64,000 bases of DNA, from positions 84,382,001-84,446,000 of the forward strand of contig NC_092351.1 of assembly GCF_963676685.1 (NCBI RefSeq), written 5' to 3'. Both the position numbers and the translations under genes were made by a program. Of the stretch, positions 1 to 12,611 are shown one piece after another (position 1 is the stretch's first letter; the number at the start of each line of letters is the position of its first letter). The DNA is from Mytilus edulis. Lineage: Eukaryota. Under the pieces are notes generated by a model. It ran no database searches. It saw only the letters and a list, made by a program, of their open reading frames with translations, and was not told the origin of the DNA.

Positions 1-1162
1 AAGGTGAATTCCGAGTATTGTCTGGTCAGGTATAAAAGTCCGAGAAACCCGAAAAAAGGTAAATGAACAGGATGGATGAAAATAAACCGTTAAACATATA
101 TTTCTTTCACCAAATTTTTTCGCAAATGACAAATTTTAATCGCCACAATTTGTTATTTTTTCGCTAGCGGAAACGCCAGCGGAAACCCTGGTTGGTACAT
201 TTTAAGGGCATATCCAACAGTTTATAACTGACGGTGAGATTTTGTTTACTTTAAGATTTATAGGCTTTTTTTAACCTGCTTAAATGAAATATGTAATAAA
301 AATTATACCTTCATGTGCTACTTTTTCAGTAAAATTAAATCGAAATTGCAGATATTTTCCTCCCAACAGAAATGCATAACTTTTTTGCTTTAAAAGATAA
401 ACACAAGCTGTTTTTTGTTATATTATTCTCTTTTTAAGTAGCCTATAAATTTATAAAAAATTTTTTTAGGAATAACTCAAACTTTCTCTTGTACATGAAT
501 GTAGAAAAACACGTCATATTTTGTTGTATATTTATCAAATTTAAAGAATTGCATCATTGACTTTTTTCATAAAATTTAGTACAAATAATCTTCATACGTA
601 ATCAAACCGAATGCCATTTTAAAAGGGAGGGATCCGTGAACTCGTTCAAAAGTTAAATCAGTTTGAATAACAAAAATCAGTTTGAATAATAAAATTCAGT
701 TTGAATAATAAAAATCAGTCGAAAAATGCATCTTTTCCCGATATGTCACAGTTTGACGTCGCGAAAATATCATTTTATGTTATTACCTCCACTGTAACTG
801 TAACACATGCCATTTAAAACGCTAAACCCCGCTGCATTTGTTTGCACCGATCCTAAGTCTAAGGTTCTGATGTTCATTTGTTGTCGTTTGTTGATGTGGT
901 TCATAAGTTTTCTCTTTTTTTATATAGACCGTTGGCTTCACACTAGTCATTTTATTGGCCCTTTATAGCTTATTGTTTGGTGTGAGCCATGGTTCGGCGT
1001 TGAAGACCGTGATTTGATCTATAATGGTTTACTTTTACATTGACACTAATACCACATCTTCTTCTATATATTTTGATAAAGGAAATTTGTGTTAATAAGA
1101 TGAAATGATAAGTTATCTGCAAGTTGATGACTATAAAACAAACATATTAAAAAAAAAACTAC

Positions 1163-2292
1163 CTTTAGTCAGTTTGATCAACAGTTCGTTATCTTCCTTT
1201 TCAGACGCGTATTCCATATTTTCAACCTTTATGTCGAACAGATCAGAGAGATCAAATTCTATCTTCTCCTCAAAATCATTTTCTCCACGTGTTAAATCTG
1301 CAACTGGCATATCTAAGTACATGTTCAAATGAGCCTCTACCGACTGATGGACGTTCAGAAGCGATCTCATACTATTACGGTTGATCAGTTGTTCAGAACG
1401 GTTACAATATTCTGTGGCATTTTTCAGAAAATTGTCTAAACTATCTTTTCTTAATCTATCTTTTGATTCTTTCTGTTTACAGGCAACGTTGTATCTATCT
1501 ACAAGTTTTTGTCTTTTGTTTTCTAAAATTTTAATACCCCTGTTGAAAATTGCATCCACATTTCTAAGAAATGCCGTCTTTTCATCTTGTAACGTACTGT
1601 CTTGAACGTTGAGCATTGTCGATTCGACTTGTGATATACGTCTTCGAAGAGATTTAATGTATTTTCCTAATTTTATTTTCTTCTTTTTGAAAGTTTCTTC
1701 GATGTCTTCAAGTTCATGATTACTCGGGTCTCTATGTTCAGCTACAACACACGAAGGGCAAAGTAAACTTTGACAATTCGGAGAGTTACAGAAATGTTTA
1801 AGTTTTGCCCTTTCATGTTGAGGATTCAGACATACATCAAGATCTTCTTCTCGGAATGTCTCATATGTGTTTATAATTGCGCTTTGCATCTTATATTCTG
1901 TTTCGTGTAGACAGCGACAAATCTCACAGAGATTGATTTTACGCTGTTGACATTTGTCGGTTAGATCAGCGGTATTTCCACATAGGTAAAATTGTTTGAA
2001 AGAATTTAGATTGAAGTGAGCCTGCAAAAACTATTATAAATCCCGTCTGGTGATATCCTTTGAAAACCTAAATGTACATTTGTCTTCAGTTAATGAACAG
2101 TGTTACAGGTCGGACAATTAATGGTGTCCTTCTGTAGACCGAGCTTGTTTAAACATTCTTAACAAAATGAATGATTCCCTGGGTAAACGCTTATCTTCGT
2201 CAAACAAATTGCGCATATGTTTCACTCCAAATATCGACGTTCCAATTCAGTTATTAGATTCACAGCATTTTTCGTAACCAACTTACTTCATT
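1163..2292 (-). pseudogene. TRIM paralogue A: RING/B-box/coiled-coil exon, pseudogenised (downstream exons would lie left of the window)
   Basis: Reads LVTKNAVNLITELERRYLE* (paralogues: ..LITELERRYLECSIC). Start is TTG at 2281-2279, TGA replaces the first RING Cys at 2222-2224, and more stops and frameshifts follow in the RING. ORF 1131-2027 keeps B-box2 (CLNPQH..CNSPNC..CPSC..H) and the coiled coil. Acceptor cag| before 2292; phase-1 donor G|gtagt at 1163. Confidence 0.88.
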
Positions 2293-3075
2293 CTGAAAGA
2301 ATCACAGTATTTCATTTCTTTTTAATAAAAATAAAAAATTACGTTATAACAGTAAAGCTTTATAAGATATCCAGAACAAGAGTATGTGTCAATGGGTCTT
2401 CAATGAAGCGAGAAACTCCCGCAACCGGAGGAGTCGTTCAGCTGGCCCCTAAACAAATATGTAACTACTTCAATGATGATGGACATCATAATAAACTCCA
2501 AATTATTCACTAAGAAACTAAATAAAATTCATACAAGACTAACAAAGGCCAGAGGCTCCTGACATTGCAGCGGGGTTAAGCATGTTGTTTTATATATCCA
2601 TACCCTCCCCTTTACCTCTAGCCAATGTAGAAAAATAAACGCACAACAAAACGCACAGTAAAACTCAGTCTAAGAGAAGTCCGAGTCCGATGTCCGGAAA
2701 GGTAAATGAAGAAACTAAACAAAAAGGCAATAACACATGAATTTACAAAGAACTACTAGCAGTTACTGGCATGCCTGCTCCAGACCTCAATTTAACTGAT
2801 TGAAAGATTATGTCCTCATCATATGAATATCAAGCACAATTCCTCCCTATAGGGGACTAGTATTATATCATTATAAAATATACGAGAAGAACATCAACCG
2901 TGTCATGCCTACAACTGGTTTTAGAATAAATATCTTTAATTCCGATGCAAAGACCCTATAAGTGAATCAATATTAAAGCCAAAATATGCAATCTTTCATG
3001 ACCGGATATCAGTATCCTAACTATATCCCTTCTTAATAAGTCTTTTAAAGGTTTTGTTAGCTTTTGATGTGAATA

Positions 3076-3280
3076 CTGTGGATTAATTTCTTTTTCGTGG
3101 GTATCAATTTTCGTGGATTGAGGAAAACTTGCACTTTCGTGGATATTTGATTTCGTGGTTTTGCCAATCTCTGCATACAAAGCCTACAAAGAATTTGCAA
3201 TTCGTTGAACATGCAAATTCGTGGTTCACCACACGAAATCCACGAAAATTGGTATACATCGAATAATAATCAAGCCACAG
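3076..3280. mobile_element. Small non-autonomous TIR element (MITE)
   Basis: Ends ctgtgg...ccacag, with internal inverted blocks caattttcgtgg / ccacgaaaattgg and repeated ttcgtgg motifs. TA on the left flank only. Confidence 0.55.
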
Positions 3281-4914
3281 TTCTGACATTTTTGTGTTTT
3301 GTAAAGAATATAACCATAAAAGATTTAATTTGAAGCACCTGAACGTATATGATGTCTAAATGTTGAGATATATTTACGAATGATGTCCTTGTACCGATGA
3401 TACAATTTAGTAAATGTATAGTTAAACCTTGAACAACAAAGGGGTTCATACCATTTTCAATGGCAACGATAAGGGTCAAGTAAAAATCAGTACTGTCGAG
3501 TATTGTTAAGACTGGGGACGAGTAATTTCGAGTACAATTCAGACCCATTCAGACTGGTCGAGTAAAAATAAGTACAGGCGAGTACAGATATAGGCAATTT
3601 TAGACTTTTACTGATTTGTAGTGATAATTAAAAAAAATCTTGGAACACATTCGAGTTTGTTCAATTAAGTAATAACGCAAAGGAAATATCTGTGTTGATG
3701 ATGTGCAAAAACAGGATAAAAATTAAAATTCACGTTTAGCTATTATCTATATTTTGTTTTTGTTGATATGTTCGGCTTTTGTTATGAAATTTGTACGGAT
3801 AACTGCTGTGATTCAATTAGATCAATACATGAAACAAATCGGCAGAACAAATATTTATTAATATTGAGAGAATAGGAAGCACAAGTTGAATTTGTCTTAT
3901 TTTAAAGCCTAGCCATATTATTCTGAATATATCAAAGAGTTTGAATTAAACAGTATTGTTAGTCCCACTATTGACCTATGTGCAAATGATAATAAAAGAA
4001 TACAACAAAACAGATGCAATAAGGTTAAAAAATATCCTTATTGTATTTTTCAGTCAATGCAATCATTGTTCTTTAAACTATGAACTAGTATGTGGTTTGT
4101 TTAGTTTTATCATTTACTGCATTGTTTCTTAAAGTAAGTGAACTGAATACAAATTATACTGGCACCGCTTTCGAGGGACATGTAATCTTCTTAATTATTG
4201 ATATAATATAAATGGCACAGATTCTCGCGACACCATCGATGTACTTTATCCGGGAATAAACTTTAAATGAATTGCATTTGAGGTGCAGTTGTACTTGCAT
4301 ACGCTTGATACAGTGACATAGTTCTTTTATGGGTTTTAAAAAGACAGAAATTATACATAGGTGTAATGAAAAAAATTAACCTTTGGTAATTCTGACAATA
4401 AAAGTGTATTCACCTCACATGCTACCTGTGTAGACCTTGAAGAAGAAAAAACATTTCTTTAACAATAGATCTATATTTAGTGATACACTAAATTCTCTCT
4501 CTTTCTGTTTACATCACACGAATGTTGACATCACATGAATGTTGTCGTTAGAAGTTTAAATACATGATTGTCAAGGGTGTTTCCAACAATGAATTATTTT
4601 GTGTCCTGTATGTGTATTTTCAATGGGAACGAAGAACTCATATGCATTACAATTATCATCAAGCTTTTTTTACAGATAAACAACATCTTACCTATAGTTG
4701 CTATGTATTTCTTTAAGTATTAGTATCTTATCTCAAAATCGATTTGATTTGTGTACACGACATATTTTGACTACGCTATGATTGAATAATTAAATTGAAT
4801 AGCTAAGTTTTACTTCCTCTTTAATGTTATTTTGGCGGAATTTTCAATTAATGATCGCACCAAAACATGAGGTAATGTACGTTTTTGATAACAAGTTTAA
4901 GTATAATTATAGCA

Positions 4915-5270
4915 ACGTTGACTGTTATGGAATAACCGTTTTACAGATGATATCTGATATGTTCCTTATGTCGAAACTACAATCTCCTTCTCCTTTCACG
5001 AATGTGACCTACCGAATTAGACAATTTACCGTTTTTTAATAACATAAGTAACACAACGGGTGTCACATGTGGAACAGGATTGGCTTACCCTTCCGGAGCT
5101 CCTCAGATAACCCCAAGTTAATGGTGGAGTTCGTGTTGCTTAGTCCTTAGTTTTCTATTTCTATGTTGTGTCTTGTGTACTATTATTTGTCTGTTGCTCT
5201 TTTTCGGTTTAAGCCATATGGCGTTGTCACTTTATTTAGTCTGTCACGTTGTAATCTTTCGACCCTCCTT
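4915..5270 (+). repeat. Dispersed repeat, probably the 3' tail of a Penelope-like retroelement
   Basis: Core acgggtg.cacatgtgg.acaggat..gcttacccttccggagc.cct recurs at about 32440-32545 (-), 37380-37470 (-) and 38600-38700 (+). The preceding VDCYGITVLQM resembles PLE ORF C-termini. Confidence 0.5.
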
Positions 5271-5821
5271 TGAATAGCATAGTTACGAGAGTTCATATAC
5301 TAAAGGGGATGCTATTGTTTTGTATTTTTTTCACGACTAAGAAAAATCATAAAATTGATCGATTTTCAACTCCAATTGCATCTTAATTGTTTTCGATTTA
5401 TCAGAGGTCAGAGAACATGCTAGATTACAGTCTCATATGTTAACATTCCTTTTGTTTGCAACGTTTTTTATTCCTTATATAATAACATTGGTCATATAAA
5501 TACTTGAATATTTCTGAAGTTGTTTTTTCTATGGTCGGATTGTTGTCTCTTTGACACATTCCTCTGCTGGTGGACTATTATTCCCCGAGGGTATCACCAG
5601 CCCAGTAGCCAGTACTTCGGTACTGGCATGAAAATAAGGATTTTTTGTGTTATTAAAATTTGCTGTTACAAAATATTAGAAATCATTATAAATTAAGGAA
5701 TGTATCTCCCTCATGCAAAGCTCTGATTCCTTTCACGGATTTGGCTATACTTTTTGGACCTTTTGCATTATAGCTCTTCATCTTTTATATAAGCTTTGGA
5801 TTTCAAAAATTTTGGCCACGA

Positions 5822-5865
5822 GCATCACTGAAGAAACATGTATTGTCAAAATGCGCATCTGGTGC
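5822..5865 (+). ncRNA. Type I hammerhead ribozyme, mutated (probably inactive) copy
   Basis: ctgaaga-Aaca..tgtc-Aaaa: G10.1>A and G12>A relative to the other units. Confidence 0.75.
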
Positions 5866-6172
5866 AAGAAAATTGGTGCCGTTCATTTTATTACTACCAC
5901 TGGGTAGATGCCTCTGCTGGTGGACTATTAAGTCTCCGAGGGTATCACCAGCCCAGTAGCCAGTACTTCGGTACTGGCATGAAAATAAGGATTTTTTGTG
6001 TTATTAAAATTTGCTGTTACAAAATATAAGAAATCATTATAAATTAAGGAATGTATTTCCCTCATGCAAAGCTCTGATTCCTTTCACGGATTTGGCTATA
6101 CTTTTTGGACCTTTTGCATTATAGCTCTTCATCTTTTATATAAGCTTTGGATTTCAAAAATTTTGGCCACGA

Positions 6173-6216
6173 GCATCACTGAAGAGACATGTATTGTCGA
6201 AATGCGCATCTGGTGC
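6173..6216 (+). ncRNA. Type I hammerhead ribozyme (predicted cleavage after C6210)
   Basis: Helix I GCAUCA/UGGUGC, core CUGAAGA, helix II GACA-uguau-UGUC, GAAA, palindromic helix III UGCGCA, AUC cleavage triplet. Confidence 0.9.
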
Positions 6217-6522
6217 AAGAAAATTGATACCGTTCATTTTATTACTACCACTGGGTAGATGCCTCTGCTGGTGGACTATTAGTCCCCGAGGGTATCACCA
6301 GCCCAGTAGCCAGTACTTCGGTACTCGCATGAAAATAAGGATTTTTTGTGTTATTAAAATTTGCTGTTACAAAATATTAGAAATCATTATAAATTAAGGA
6401 ATGTATCTCCCTCATGCAAAGCTCTGATTCCTTTCACGGATTTGGCTATACGTTTTGGACCTTTTGCATTATAGCTCTTCATCTTTTATATAAGCTTTGG
6501 ATTTCAAAAATGTTGGCCACGA

Positions 6523-6566
6523 GCATCACTGAAGAGACATGTATTGTCGAAATGCGCATCTGGTGC
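6523..6566 (+). ncRNA. Type I hammerhead ribozyme (predicted cleavage after C6560)
   Basis: Identical to 6173-6216. Confidence 0.9.
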
Positions 6567-6872
6567 AAGAAAATTGGTACCGTTCATTTTATTACTACCA
6601 CTGGGTAGATGCCTCTGCTGGTGGACTATTAGTCCCCGAGGGTATCACCAGCCCAGTAGCCAGTACTTCGGTACTGGCATGAAAATAAGGATTTTTTGTG
6701 TTATTAAAATTTGCTGTTACAAAATATTAGAAATCATTATAAATTAAAGAATGTATCTCCCTCATGCAAAGCTCTGATTCCTTTCACGGATTTGGCTTTA
6801 CGTTTTGGACCTTTTGCATTATAGCTCTTCATCTTTTATATAAGCTTTGGATTTCAAAAATTTTGGCCACGA

Positions 6873-6916
6873 GCATCACTGAAGAGACATGTATTGTCGA
6901 AATGCGCATCTGGTGC
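6873..6916 (+). ncRNA. Type I hammerhead ribozyme (predicted cleavage after C6910)
   Basis: Identical to 6173-6216. Confidence 0.9.
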
Positions 6917-7222
6917 AAGAAAATTGGTACCGTTCATTTTATTACTACCACTGGGTAGATGCCTCTGCTGGTGGACTATTAGTCCCCGAGGGTATCACCA
7001 GCCCAGTAGCCAGTACTCCGGTACTGGCATGAAAATAAGGATTTTTTGTGTTATTAAAATTTGCTGTTACAAAATATTAGAAATCATTATAAATTAAGGA
7101 ATGTATCTCCCTCATGCAAAGCTCTGATTTCTTTCACGGATTTGGCTATACTTTTTGGACCTTTTGCATTATAGCTCTTCATCTTTTATATAAGCTTTGG
7201 ATTTCAAAAATTTTGGCCACGA

Positions 7223-7266
7223 GCATCACTGAAGAGACATGTATTGTCGAAATGCGCATCTGGTGC
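7223..7266 (+). ncRNA. Type I hammerhead ribozyme (predicted cleavage after C7260)
   Basis: Identical to 6173-6216. Confidence 0.9.
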
Positions 7267-7783
7267 AAGAAAATTGGTACCGTTCATTTTATTCCATTCT
7301 CAATTTTATTGAAACACACTACCATTAACCGCATGATGTATTTTGTTACAATTTGTTTTATGGGGTCAATAAAGAATACAGTTTCGCGTTATCTTTACGT
7401 CAAATTATCAATTGTAGGTATAATCAACATGTACAATTGGTTTTATGAGGCCAATAAAGAAAATAGTTTCGCGTTAACATAGTTTTACAGATAATGATAA
7501 GAATACGGTAAAAAGCATTTTTTTCAAATAGTAAAATTAAGATCATGTTTAGTTATTGAAACGTGCCAAAGCTAAATGTAAGAACAATTTACTATTTTGA
7601 AAAATCCTTTCGCGCCAAATTTTTTATCGCCTACACATAAAAACAAGGAGATCCACTTTTCCTTATTTCTTTGCATTCTCTTGTTCTAATATCTATATAC
7701 TAACAGCTTATAACATTTATGAAATTTAGCCCTCAATGCTCTCCAACTTCGTACTGTATTTGTCGCTGTTAAGGATTTTTTTT

Positions 7784-7845
7784 GACGAAACGCGCGTCTG
7801 GCGTAAATATAAAATTGAATCCTGGTATCTTTGATGAGTTTATTT
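7784..7845 (+). repeat. Fragment of the hammerhead repeat family seen at 35491 (3' half only)
   Basis: gacGAAAcgcgcgTCtggcgta...aatcctggtatctttgat matches the 35491 copy. The CUGAUGA half is missing. Confidence 0.65.
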
Positions 7846-8502
7846 ATTCGTAAAGGCAGCAGAAGAATCAACGTTGAAAACACCAAGTAATATACAAAAT
7901 ATATAGATGTAAACACTGAAACAAGTGTATCCAGATATTTCTCCAGTGGAGACAGTTAAATTTTATTATTTAAGCTTGAGGCTTGTCGAGCTTTGTATTG
8001 AATAAAACGGAACTGTTGATAGTAGAGACATATCGTAATACACGAGTTATAGCAGTGAAATCTGTTTCTCTAATCATTTCTTTTCAAAGATATGGATGGC
8101 ATGGTAATTTTTTTTCGGTACGTCACAATACGAAATTTCAGAAGAAATCGAGACAACTTGATTTCACTAGTGATGAGAAATTTAGTTCTCACACTGCCCA
8201 AGAATTTTAAATTAGAACAAATTTGAATGAAGTCAACAATAGTATACCGATGTTTAAAAAGTCATCAATCGATTGACAGAAAACAAACATGGGTAACAAA
8301 CCAAAACACAGGGAAACACATCAACTATAAGAGGAAAACAATTGAATCACAGGAACACATAATTGCAACAAAAACAGACGCCAACACACATAGAAACGAC
8401 TTTTTGATAACAACTACCATATTTCTAACTCGGTAAATGAACAAGTGGTGGCTTGAACCTATTTTAATGTCAATCCAAACATCCAGCTTTATGACATGGT
8501 AA

Positions 8503-8785
8503 AACAAAAACGTGTCCATCGTACACGGATGCTCCACTCGCACTATCATTTTATAAGTTCCATGGAGTCAAAACTCTAATTTGGAATTCAAATTAGAAAG
8601 ATCATATCTTTGGGAACAGGTTAGAAGTTGATTAGACCTCAACTTCATCAAAAACTACCTTGACCAAAAACTTTAACATAAAGCGGTACGAACGAACGAA
8701 CGAACGAACGGACGGACGAACAGACGGACGAAAAAACAAACGGACGCACATACCAGTAAGCATAATGCCCAAAAATAGGGAATAA
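8503..8785 (+). mobile_element. Helentron/DINE-1-like (Pearl/CvA-type) non-autonomous element with (ACGA/ACGG)n core
   Basis: Colinear with the copies at 39646-39964 and 61181-61483. Tetranucleotide microsatellite followed by a cataatgccc..gg 3' hairpin. Confidence 0.7.
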
Positions 8786-10249
8786 CATATTGCTAGTATG
8801 ATAGCCCTACGTGACCGAAATACTAGTACACAAAAATATTCATCCGAGAGAAACGCACAATAAAAAAAATACAATAGTCGACACAAGATGCAAACCTCGG
8901 AACTACAACGAACATTTTCAATCAATTAAAGACACCACTGGATATCAGAATCAGTGAGGCTCATACGTAACTAATATAAAATCTTGAACGTTATATATAC
9001 GTAACTTAATTAAATCTTGAAATTTATACATATGTAACTAATATATTAAAATTTCGAGCTTTATACATAAGTAATTAATATAAAATCTCTATCTTTTATA
9101 CGATTATTTTTCCAATACTTCTCCAGACAATAAGCATGACAGTGGAAAGTCAATTTTATAAATATATGGGACTACAAACGATTTGACATAACAGATTATC
9201 CAAACCAAGCCATAACAGAAACCTGAAAAATAAATACATGAATGTTGGATGAACAAAATACCAAAAGGCGTCATCAATTCACAGTCGGTCTAACCGTCAT
9301 ATTCGTCATATAAACAAAAAATAGAGAAAATATAGTTAATATTTAAAAGTTGGTGTGTACACTTTTTATTCATAAACAAAATCCAACAAGTATGCACATT
9401 GCAAGAATCTACACAGTTTGTCATCTTGAAACCAACAATGTATCAAGTTTGATACTTTAAAAAAATAATGTTATAACATCATTACTCCCTTAATTACAAT
9501 TATTAATTTTTCTATCTAATGCCAAAAAATCAGCAACAATTTTGTGTGACCTGTCAGCTGTCTCTGGTTTACGTCACTGGTTGTTACATACTTATATTGA
9601 TTGTAAAGTCTGGGAAACTTTTCACTAACATTTTTCAAATCGTACAAGAGATATAAAACAAGTGTCAAAATAATAAAAAACAGTTAGAAACAGTTCATCA
9701 GAAGAGCAAAATTGACATCTTTTGATCAAAAATTGTTTTCTTAAACAATTTGTTGTAAAGAAAATTTTTTTTCATTTTTTAAAACGCTTGTTTTTATAAG
9801 GTATACAATTATTGCAAAAACAGATAGTGAACATTCTGTTGAAAAACTATTCGAATATTCATAAGTTTTGCTTTTAATGACCTTTCCAGTTGCAAGATTT
9901 TAAAAGTTTCGATTGAAGCGTTCCTAATGATGTAAGTGAACCGGATTCGGACCTACCAAATAATTCAAAAGATATTTCTTTACTTCACTTAACACGTATA
10001 ATTACTAGGTTCCAAAGGTTGATTCGAAATGTACATGTTTTAGTTGATATACATGTAAGTAATTATTCAATCTTATATAGAATTTTTGGAAACATGTATG
10101 TAGTATCTCTGTTTACGGTTCTTTCCATAAATTTATTATTATACTCAATAATTTTTATCATCCATACATTGTCTAGAGAATGTCAAGACTAATCATTTCA
10201 ATTAATTGTATAATTTAACAATCAAATATATGTATCTACTTTAGTCGTT

Positions 10250-11463
10250 TCAATTTGGAACAGTTAACAAAAGTAAATGTAGTCCGAAAATTATTCTGTT
10301 CACGTTGATGAGTTCCGTATGTTTGATAGAAGATACAATTATATCCTTTGCATTAATTTTTTCAATAAAAAATGTAGGAGCCAGTTTGTTGAACGGCTCA
10401 AATTGAAAACTTAGATAGCTGTATCCCCAAAAAAAATTAAGTATGTACATTTCAATAATACCATTTTTGTTGTAATGTAAAAACAAGCTGAGTTGGTTTC
10501 CTAAAAAAATCTTATTTGTATCAGCGTTTGAAAGACAAGAGCAAGTTGTTCTATACACACTGTCCCTTGTCTCAATATTCTTCGAACATTGTAAAAGGGG
10601 TATTACTTTTCGAAATCCATCTTTTTGTTGCACAATCCCGATCTTAAAAAAAATATCACCATCATTTGTCTCGAAAAGAATGTCAATCTTTGTTTGGATC
10701 GCATTTGAGTTTACAAACTTTTTAGGACGTGTAAAAATAACCGGAGTTCTAGAACTATTGCTTTGAAATGTGTCACTGAGCTTTGCATTAGACACTGTTC
10801 TATTGTCGTCAGAAATGTATAAATCTTGATGCAATGTGTTACGATCAAATACAACCCCATTTGTTTCCATCGTTATTGAAACGGTTATTAAATCAGAATT
10901 ATACACAGCGAAGACCGGCTTCAATGGATGTATAAAGTTCACATTCTTAACTGTATGCAGAATGGTCGTAGCATTATTTTTTTTAGATCTGGATAGGAAT
11001 AAAACTGATGAATGAAATGGTCGATAGGTAAGCATAAATCTCGCTTCAAAACAATATGGTCTGGTTTCACATTTAATTATGATTGTACTATTAAGCAAAA
11101 CTGTATTGCCAATCAAAAGATAGATGTTAGACTTATGTTGAGAGATAAATGCTCTGACAGACAAAATTGATGGAAATAATAGCTTAGTGCTGATGGTGTC
11201 ATTTGTTAGTCCGAATTCAAAAATAAGTACTTCACCGTGTTCCTGTAGTTGCAAAATTGGTTCATGAAATCTTATCGAAAATTCTATTGAACTTTCTTTT
11301 TTTGGAGAAAAAGACGAGTTTGAAAAACCACCTTGAAATTTAAAGAGCCTTCTTCTCGAACCACACAACATATGTTCTGATGGCACAGTAGCTACAGTCT
11401 GATTATCAGCTGATCTACATGTAAACTGGCTTCCCACTTGAGTGTCAAACTTCAGTTCCGTGA
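10250..11463 (-). CDS. TRIM paralogue B, last coding exon: two PRY-SPRY/B30.2-like repeats and a hydrophobic C-terminal tail
   Basis: Phase-1 acceptor ttctattatag|tc. PRY-like starts KFDTQVGSQFTCRSADNQTV and VFDRNTLHQDLYISDDNRTVSN, SPRY-like LIFEFGL and LKPVFAVYN, tail RIIFGLHLLLLTVPN*. Paralogous exon at 28589-29793. Confidence 0.8.
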
Positions 11464-12149
11464 CTATAATAGAAAATAGTAGCATATATAATATAAGTAA
11501 TCTCACATATATAAACAAGTTAAGTTTAAAATAATAATAAAAGGTATCAGCAGGCCACTTCTTTCTTTTTTAGCTGAAAAATTAAAAGAAAATCATAAAT
11601 CTACCAAATATCATCAGGTGAATGTTCACAAGACATACGTTAATATGTAGGAGATAACCGTGCTGTATTTTAAGCATAACCTCTGCAACTCTTAGATTTG
11701 ACTATCTAAAATTGAGTTTACCTTACGACGCCCAGCGGAGCAAAGTAAATGGTGTTTTCGACAATAAAATCAAGAATACCATGCTTATAATTAATAAAGA
11801 CAATTTCAATTTTATATAAACATGCAGTTGCAAGTAATGGAAATGCTATCCCTCCTAAGTGTATCATATATATTAAATGTCCAAAGTTTTTCAGTTTTTG
11901 TCATAAAATTGTCTGTTCGTTTTATGAGTTTGAATACTCCTTCTGTATATTTTGAATCACTTTTACAGATGTATAGATTTTTTAACCAAAAATAATCTTG
12001 TATGTTATCACTCACATATTATGTCCGAGCGAGCATTTGAAACGGATTAGTTTTGTTCAGTAGGTGAGTGAAAGCAAATTAATATGTAATATTTTATGAT
12101 ACATAATTCAATCATGCAGATCCGTATTGTATATATAATATATACTTAC

Positions 12150-12611
12150 GTTTACCATGTTCTCGTATACCAAGTGGTATAAGTGCTATTTCTGGTATAA
12201 CCAGGAACACAATTAAAAGCAACAGAAAGGGCCATGCTGTTATTGTTTTAATATCGTTACAGTATTCTTGGTTGTTTTCATCGTCATGGTACTGTCGATT
12301 GTAAGCACGTTTGGTGCGCCTTCTATTGCGCCTTCTATTGCGCCACTGTCTTTCAATTTGATTCGCTTGTTCAATTTGCCATTCGACTGACTGCATTCGG
12401 TTCAAAGGTAAATTGTCATGATACTCGTGATAGATATTAGTAATAAGCTTGACAGGCATTATTGCTATATTTATGATGATTTTAATGGGTATATGTAGTA
12501 TAATCCGTATCAATTGTATGATAAAATAACTAGTGCTAGTTGCTACAGGTAGGAAGATATTTTTTCCATATGCGTGTATCGTATTTTCCAAATGAATGTC
12601 TTGGTGATTCC
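12150..12611 (-). CDS. TRIM paralogue B, middle exon (154 codons): hydrophobic segment, Arg-rich stretch, predicted TM helix
   Basis: cttacag|gg acceptor and c|gtaagt donor; 462 nt, phase 1-1, in frame with both neighbours. Contains YFIIQLIRIILHIPIKIIINIAIMPV, RNRRRNRRRTKR and AWPFLLLLIVFLVIPEIALIPLGI. Confidence 0.82.

Larger units (their letters stand above)
5561..7293 (+). mobile_element. Non-LTR retrozyme tandem array, about 4.95 x 350-bp units, one hammerhead per unit
   Basis: Units start at cctctgctgg at 5561, 5911, 6262, 6612 and 6962 and are nearly identical. Each holds gcatca-CTGAAGA-gaca/tgtc-GAAA-tgcgca-TC-tggtgc. Inserted into a common repeat (gacacatt..ccattctcaatttt) with attcc at both junctions. 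Confidence 0.9.

Noticed and set aside
203-815. Possible TIR element (agggcat..acagtt / aactgtaacacatgcc)
   Set aside because: The inverted ends are too degenerate to set boundaries or a family by eye.
5713-7482. Repeated 64-72 aa ORFs (MQSSDSFHG.., MSKCASGAR..) in both 350-bp arrays as peptide genes
   Set aside because: They recur only because the unit repeats, overlap the ribozyme, and have different C-termini between arrays. They show no recognisable protein features.
8632-8925. ORFs with RPSVRPSVRSFVRS repeats (also 39758-40048 and 61126-61371)
   Set aside because: Translations of the tetranucleotide microsatellite in a non-coding MITE.
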